Below, piece after piece: positions 56,345 to 64,000 of a stretch of 64,000 bases of DNA. Positions within the stretch are counted from its first letter, which is position 1. Each line of letters starts with the position of its first letter. The notes beneath the pieces are model-generated. The model was not told the DNA's origin. It made no database searches and saw only the letters and a list, made by a program, of their open reading frames with translations. Made by a program: the position numbers and the translations under genes. Source of the stretch: Octopus vulgaris (Eukaryota); contig OX597821.1 of assembly GCA_951406725.2 (NCBI GenBank), positions 78,244,001 to 78,308,000 of the forward strand, given 5' to 3'.

Positions 56345-58572
56345 GACTGTTAAAGAGTTGCTCTGTAATATTCACTTCTACTCGAAATTCGCTGAAACAA
56401 AAGTGTCTCACTACAAACAAGATCTGCCACTTGATGCTTTTTTTTCCAGTTTCCGTAAACGGGCTTGTTTTGTTTATCTTTTATCGTCGTTCTGACACAG
56501 ATCGATGAAACCAGTCGATTTAACTCTGCCGTCAAGAAAGAAATCTTCTTAAAACAATATCGTCAATTCTTTTCCACCTTTGTAAAGATATGAACATCTC
56601 TAAACCTAGTTGTCGTCAGGCTATTTTAGTTTTCTTGAACACGTTTTTTTTTCTTTCTCTTCGGAGAGTTTTGATATAAATAAATGTAACATCAGTTTAA
56701 TCATAAGCTTCGTTTTCCGATCAATGTTCACTTCTGTCCACCGACCTACGCAAATAAATTACTTGAAACAAGTCCCATGTACTTATACACTTGGGGAACA
56801 AAAGAAATGGATTCTAACTTCGCAATATATTGATAGCTGTCAGTTTGCTTATTTCTTTTATCTATTTTGTACTACACGAATTATTAATAAGGCTCTTGAA
56901 AGAGGAGTGGTCAGAGATAAGAGGTAATCGTAGGAAGTAAATATTATGATGAAAATGAAGGTGTGATTAAGCTTGTATTTTGGATTGATGTAAATGTCGA
57001 TAATGTCCTCCGAGAAAGGCATGGACATCTCAAATTCTCATTCCAGTTTCGGAACAATGTTCTTCAAAGTATTCTTTACCCTGACCTCTGCGTTAGGATC
57101 TGGCCAGGACCACATACAGTTTGATTTAGCTTCGCTTGATAGAGGTGCCTAAGTTATGTATTAAAGTTGGTTTGATGCACGTTCATCTACCTTACAAAGT
57201 CTAAACTTGTCACTAATTTCAAAACATATGAATAAAAATTATTGTAGAATTTGTAATGAAGAGCACCTGAAAAATAAGTTTGAGTACTGATAGCAAATTC
57301 AGAGAAATGTATACCATTTTAACAGAAGACATCTTAGAATCTTGGAAGTCTAGTGTTTTTGTTATTGTGTTTTAACAACAGGTTGGTTGGAGCCTGGATT
57401 AAGTAACCTTTTACATTCTCAAAACTGCAGTCATTATCATTTCGTCTTTGCAGACAGTGTTCAATAAAAGCTAAATTATCCAGATGAGTTCTAAAATCAT
57501 GAAGTGTGATATGGTAAAGATTTGGTTGTAATTCCTAATAATTTGAGCAACTGCTTTGAGTTTCGATTTACTCATTGTCATGTTAGCAATGCATGGTGGA
57601 TGAAAGCTCCGAAACCAACGAGATGGATACGTTTCAATACAGTTAGCAGAAGATTAATATACACAATGTAGCGTCTAGGAATGATATTTCATTAATTTTA
57701 ACTGTACCCGTAATTAAGAGACAAACCATGAGCCAGTTACATAGCAAGGCTGTTAAGGGATAAAAAAATACTTAATTTATTAAAACCTTTATTGTACAAC
57801 GTAGTATGTAGGGTATGCTCTTGTATTATAGATTCCCTTTATAAAGCAGAGACACGACGAATTTATTAATTATTCTGTGTTGCTAATTACATTATGTTGA
57901 ACTTAATGTAATCGTATGCTTTTTATGCAAATGGTATCTCAGAGAAATTTTCCTGTAAAAATATCTTTATATGTAAATATTCTACCCATTTATTTACAGC
58001 GTATCATTTGAAATATAACAGTCAGTAGTATAACATGCAAAGTTTTTGTGTTGATAAACATCTAGATGTGTTTAAAGATGTAGGGTTTACAGTTCATAAG
58101 AATGTAAACGAGAATTGTAAGGGCTACGATTCGTTATATAGTAATATTATGTCCTTTGGTGAAAACATGTATCATGTAGAAAAATAAAAATGATGATATA
58201 TAAGCACAAATAACAAATTTAAAACTACAAGATATATAAAAATAAGTAAACGAATTTAAAAAGGAAGATGGAGATAAGTACTAGGCTTACAAAGAATAAG
58301 TCCTGGGGTCGATTTGTTCGACTAAAGGTGGCGCGATGAGGCAGCACTGTCGAAGGTATTCACCATATCGAAGTCTTCTGTTAATGATTTCTGTTAATGA
58401 TTTAGATAATTTCGTAATTGGTAAGATTTTTTTCCGAATGGAGCAGTTCTCACATCTATCTTTATATTGTCTGCACTAGTTTAGGATCTTCCATTTGATT
58501 TTGAAAGAAGTAGTAGGGATATTTTCAAATCCCAATCCAAAAAGATAATGATGCTAACATATACTTCTGTTC

Positions 58573-58690
58573 TATAAGAGGTCTGATCAATAAGTATCCG
58601 GACTGAAATGAAATGACACTTTAAAGAATTCTTTGTTTGATGACTCTCAAAGCTTCTATTAAGTCTGTGCTTGTGATTCAAAGAATCAAA
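58573..58690 (+). mobile_element. Possible Tc1/mariner terminal fragment
   Basis: TA-..GAGGTCTGATCAATAAGTATCCGGACT resembles mariner TIRs; it lies where the paralogous alignment ends. Confidence 0.4.
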
Positions 58691-59076
58691 TAAGTCACGC
58701 TACCACATTGTGCGAAATACATATATGCAAATACACACATACATATATACACACACATACACACACACACACATAAATATATATCGATATATATATAGAT
58801 ATATAGATTTGTATTCACAAATACACACACACACATATATTTTTCCATGCTGGACCGCTGATATGAACAAGTTTTATTATTCTGTGTCTATTTATTTTCT
58901 CTTATCTCTTTCTGTTGAAGTGCGTAGGCTCGAAAAAAAAGACGTTTTCAATTTTCCCGAGCGTCTCACTAATACATTCGCTTGTTGTTCATACAATTGT
59001 CTTCGTCTTTTGTTTTTTATAAACTTAATTTAAACTGTATATGTGTGTATAAGCACACACACACGCGCACACTTAC

Positions 59077-59108
<32 letters not shown>

Positions 59109-59259
59109 AATATAAGAGAGTGTTCACTATATTGATCACTCTAGCACCAGTTAATCCAAGAGGTTTCAACCACGAAAAATACATGTTTCCCATGAAAGCC
59201 GGTACGACTGTTAGCTCACACGGACAGGGCAAATAAAAAATAACAAAAATACAGATTAT

Positions 59260-59337
59260 CTTGGGACAATTGTTTCGCTATTAATGAATTAAATGTAATA
59301 TTACTTACAGTAATCCATTTGTAGCTCTTCAGCCAAG
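59260..59337 (-). ncRNA. Type I hammerhead ribozyme (fully canonical core)
   Basis: CUUGG-CUGAAGA-GCUA..AAUGGAUUA..UAAUUCAUU..UAGC-GAAA-CAAUUG-UC^-CCAAG: stem I 5 bp, G-C closing pair in stem II, palindromic stem III. Confidence 0.88.
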
Positions 59338-59513
59338 GCTATCTGGATGAAATCCACTCAATCACACGCCAGATTTATATTTATTTTGTGAAAATATTAT
59401 AATATGTTATAAAATATTATAATAATCCAGGTTTCTCGTAGCACTAGGCCACTTGGTGTGGAATAAATATACTATTAAATTAGTATCTAATTCTCTCACC
59501 CTTATTAATTAAT

Positions 59514-59544
<31 letters not shown>

Positions 59545-59571
59545 GTACATACATATATATACACACACACA

Positions 59572-59663
<92 letters not shown>

Positions 59664-60120
59664 TATATCTTTATAATTTCAGATATGGATGCAAACAGAA
59701 AACTATAGATTCTTTATGATGACGGTGTAAAGAGAAGGACGTTTTTGTCTCCAATGACTCATGTTTAAAGTATGAAAAAAATCCCCAAAACTTTCAACTA
59801 ATTGTTTTGCTTGATATAAACTGTTTTTATTAGAATCCACACGTCCGCACACAATTATCCACACACCCACATACAATCATGCACACTTCCACACCCACAC
59901 ACTCATTGTACATGCATTTCCACTGGACAAACACGAGCACCTAATATCTGCCAATTTCCAATTCCCCTCAGCCCTTAAATCCTCCTTCTGTATTCCACTT
60001 CCTAACCCATATTTCGTTGTTCTTCTGAACTCCTAACCCCTATCTCTCGCCACTCCTTCACATCTCACATTTCAATGCGTTCACCAGCGACACCACTGTA
60101 CAGTTAGCCTACATATATAG

Positions 60121-60281
<161 letters not shown>

Positions 60282-60309
60282 GATATATAGTATTATATAT
60301 ATATATATC

Positions 60310-60690
60310 GTAGCACCCCATCGGCTGCGACGTCGTGGGTCCCAATTGATATGATCACTGGAACAGCCTGCTCGTGAAATTAACGTGCAAGTGGTTGAGC
60401 ACTCCACAGACATGTGTACCGTTAATGTAATTCTCAGGGAGATTCAGCGTCACACAGAGTGTGACAAAGCTGGCCCTTTGAAATACAGGTACAACAGAAA
60501 CAGGCAGAAAGAGTGAAAGACAGTTGTGGTGAAAGAGTACAGCATGATTCACCTCTACCCACTGCCGGAGACTCGAGGAGTTTTAGGTGTTTTCACTTAA
60601 TAAACACCCAAAACGCCCGGTCTGCGAATCGGAGTAGCAATCACACGACCGCGAGTCCACTGCCCTAACCACTGAGCCGTTGCACCTCCA
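60310..60690 (-). mobile_element. tRNA-derived SINE
   Basis: Minus-strand head GGAGGTGCAACGGCTCAGTGGTTAGGGCAGTGGACTCGCGG, related to the head at 52351. Confidence 0.75.
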
Positions 60691-60692
60691 TA

Positions 60693-60740
<48 letters not shown>

Positions 60741-60845
60741 AATTGAGATAAGGGTTGTAAATGCAACCCTCCATAGGATAACATATATCCAATATACTGC
60801 TAGTGAAGTACCCAACAAAGTTTGTATTTCTCCATTTTCTTATCT

Positions 60846-60890
<45 letters not shown>

Positions 60891-60901
60891 TATATAGAAG
60901 G

Positions 60902-60952
60902 AGCTTCTACAGGACTAGAACTGTTTCATTCAAGAGAAATCTTCAGGAAGCT
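60902..60952 (-). ncRNA. Type I hammerhead ribozyme, copy 1
   Basis: AGCUUC-CUGAAGA-uUUCucuuGAAu-GAAA-CAGuucuagucCUG-UA^-GAAGCU. Confidence 0.8.
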
Positions 60953-61125
60953 AGTTAACAAGAATTGTATTGGCATTTATACATTTAGGCAGGTTTAAAG
61001 GGGTGTTGGTGGGGGACTTTTTGGGGGTAGGCATAGCGCATAATATCATACTTGGGGGGGTGGTCAAGGAGTCAGTGTAGGTACGTAGAGTTATCTATGT
61101 GTGTATTTATATGTACATGTGTAAG

Positions 61126-61168
<43 letters not shown>

Positions 61169-61231
61169 ATGTGTGTGTGTGTGTATATATATATATGTAT
61201 GTGTGTATGTGTATATATATGTGTATATATG

Positions 61232-61282
<51 letters not shown>

Positions 61283-61672
61283 AAGTTTATATGTATGTAT
61301 CCGTCTATATAATAGGTAACTGCACGTACATATACTTAATATTTATTATTTATTTTTTGAGTATGCATGTATGAATAACTGCGCGTATATATATTTTACT
61401 ATTTACTTATTTTTTGAGTATGCATGTAAGTATGAATATAAGGAGGCGCGTGTGTGTGTGTGTATGTGTAAGCATAGATATATGTATACTTTTACGCATG
61501 GGTGTACTTATGTGTATATATGGATGCGTGCGTGTGTGTGTGTGTGTATGGGTACGCATGTACATGTGTATGTGCGTGTATGAGTATATGAGTATGTATG
61601 TATGTGTGTGCGTATATTTGTATATGTATGTATGTATATGTATGTGTGTGTATGAATATATATGTATATATG

Positions 61673-61705
<33 letters not shown>

Positions 61706-61929
61706 ATAGATATATATATGCGCGTATATATATGTATGTATGTGGGTGTGTGTATGTGTATAAATGTATGTATGTATGGATGTATGGATGTATGTATGTA
61801 TGTATACGTATGTATATGTATGTGTGTATATGTATGTATGTGTATGTGTGTATATATGTGTATATGTGTGTATATGTGTATATATGTGTGTATGTATGTG
61901 TGTGTGTATATATGTGTATATATATGTGA

Positions 61930-61964
<35 letters not shown>

Positions 61965-61984
61965 TATATTTATTATATAGAAGG

Positions 61985-62035
61985 AGCTTCTACAGGACTA
62001 GAACTGTTTCATTCAAGAGAAATCTTCAGGAAGCT
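61985..62035 (-). ncRNA. Type I hammerhead ribozyme, copy 2
   Basis: Identical 51-mer to 60902-60952, 1083 bp away, within a direct repeat of about 190 bp. Confidence 0.8.
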
Positions 62036-62265
62036 AGTTAACAAGAATTGTATTGGCATTTATACATTTAGGCAGGTTTAAAGGGGTGTTGGTGGGGGAC
62101 TTTTTGGGGGTAGGCATAGCGCAAAAAATCATACTTGGGGGAGTGGTCAAGGAGTCAGTGTTAAATTAGATAGGAGAATAAATAAAAAATAAAAAATAAA
62201 AAATAAAAAATAAAAAATAAAAAATAAAAAATATAAAAAAAATATATAAAAAAATAAAAAAATAA

Positions 62266-62312
<47 letters not shown>

Positions 62313-62770
62313 GGGGAATAGAGTTTTAGGTAAATAAGGAGATTCTCACTTATACCTATGCACATATGTATACATATATACACACGCATACAAACATATA
62401 TACATATACATACACACATACATACACACACATATATATATATATATACATATATATACACTTACACATACATATACATATCTACACATACACATATATG
62501 TATACATACACACACTCACTTGCATACACGTATACACACATGTATATATACACACACGACCACACATACATATACACACAGAAAAATATATATACACATA
62601 CACACACATACTCACATACACGCATACACACACAAATCCACACACACACATGCACACACAGCACACTAGTCCCTATATACACATATATACACATACACAC
62701 ATATATATATACACACACACATACACATACATACACATATATATATATACATACATATACATACATATAC

Positions 62771-62803
<33 letters not shown>

Positions 62804-63223
62804 CATATATATACATATGTGTACCTATGCATACCTACACATACACACATATATATATACATATACAAATACAGACCCATTCCCTAATTTTAATTTTATT
62901 ATCTTCGTTTATTACTTTTGTTATCTTTGGCCGCTTGGTCACAAACATCTTGGCTATGACAGCCAGACCATTTATCCGTCTACTGGAAAACAAGCACTCA
63001 TTCACTCACGCACACTCTTTAGCACGTACACTCACTCATTCGTACACTCATACGCATACACGCACGCACGCGTTATATTCATACATACATCTACATACAT
63101 TCACGTATATACACATACGTACGCGTACCTACAGATTCATGTCTACACTCTTAGAAGGCTAGTCTATACATATACACCAATAAATATAAATACACACACA
63201 TACATGTACATCTACATACAAAT

Positions 63224-63272
<49 letters not shown>

Positions 63273-63437
63273 TACTTACATGCATACTCAAAAAATAAGT
63301 AAATAGTAAAATATATATACGCGCAGTTATTCATACATGCATACTCAAAAAATAAATATTAAGTATATGTACGTGCAGTTACCTATTATATAGACGTATT
63401 ATAATACGGATTATACATATAATAAACTTACACACAT

Positions 63438-63480
<43 letters not shown>

Positions 63481-63793
63481 TACACATATATATATATATA
63501 TATATACACACACATACATACACCTACATATACACATACACACATACATACATATATATATATATATACATACACACACACACATACACATACATATACA
63601 TACACATACATACATATATATACATACTTACACATGTACATATAAATATACACATAGATAACTCTACGTACCTACATATACATAAACACACGAGCGTACG
63701 CGTATATGTACATATACATATACCCATGCACACGCATATATATATACATACATACATACACATACACACACATACACATATATATACATACAC

Positions 63794-63854
<61 letters not shown>

Positions 63855-64000
63855 TATACATACACACATACATACACACACATATATATACATGTGTGCA
63901 AACATACGTACATTCTCATACAAGCACACACACTTACACACATATATATACATACACACATACATATACACATACATATGCATACACACAAATATACATA

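Larger units (their letters stand above)
60884..64000 (-). mobile_element. Hammerhead-bearing composite element: module (60884-61077), inverted body segment, module (61967-62160), microsatellite-mosaic body
   Basis: Direct repeats; 61078-61430 is the reverse complement of about 63270-63680; the body is homologous to 12380-14150. Confidence 0.8.

Noticed and set aside
58905-58945. Hammerhead-like TTGAAGTGCGTAGGCTCGAAA
   Set aside because: Two core mismatches and no stem III; at best a heavily decayed relic.

Overview
AT-rich, microsatellite-dense eukaryotic DNA. Its tRNA-derived SINEs, R4/Dong, CR1/L2-type and Penelope-like retroelements suggest a mollusc, probably an octopus (inference). Most ORF-track entries are microsatellite or transposon artefacts. 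Reading splice signals by hand gives a small gene family for a secreted PAN/Apple-domain protein fused to an uncharacterised C-terminal domain. One complete 6-exon copy lies on the minus strand (56344 to 32986, about 254 aa). A second copy has exons 1-2 at 3912 to 1347 and runs off the left edge. A third, inverted and decayed copy lies near 26.6-27.6 kb. The most striking hidden feature is a set of type I hammerhead ribozyme motifs from several unrelated non-coding repeat families embedded in TA microsatellites. Four have intact catalytic cores (14320-14391, 59260-59337, 60902-60952, 61985-62035). They include a 396-bp unit with a 65-bp terminal redundancy and a tandem pair 1083 nt apart, both resembling retrozymes/circular RNAs, and Penelope remnants that could represent the mobilising RT family are nearby. 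All calls were made by eye, without database searches.
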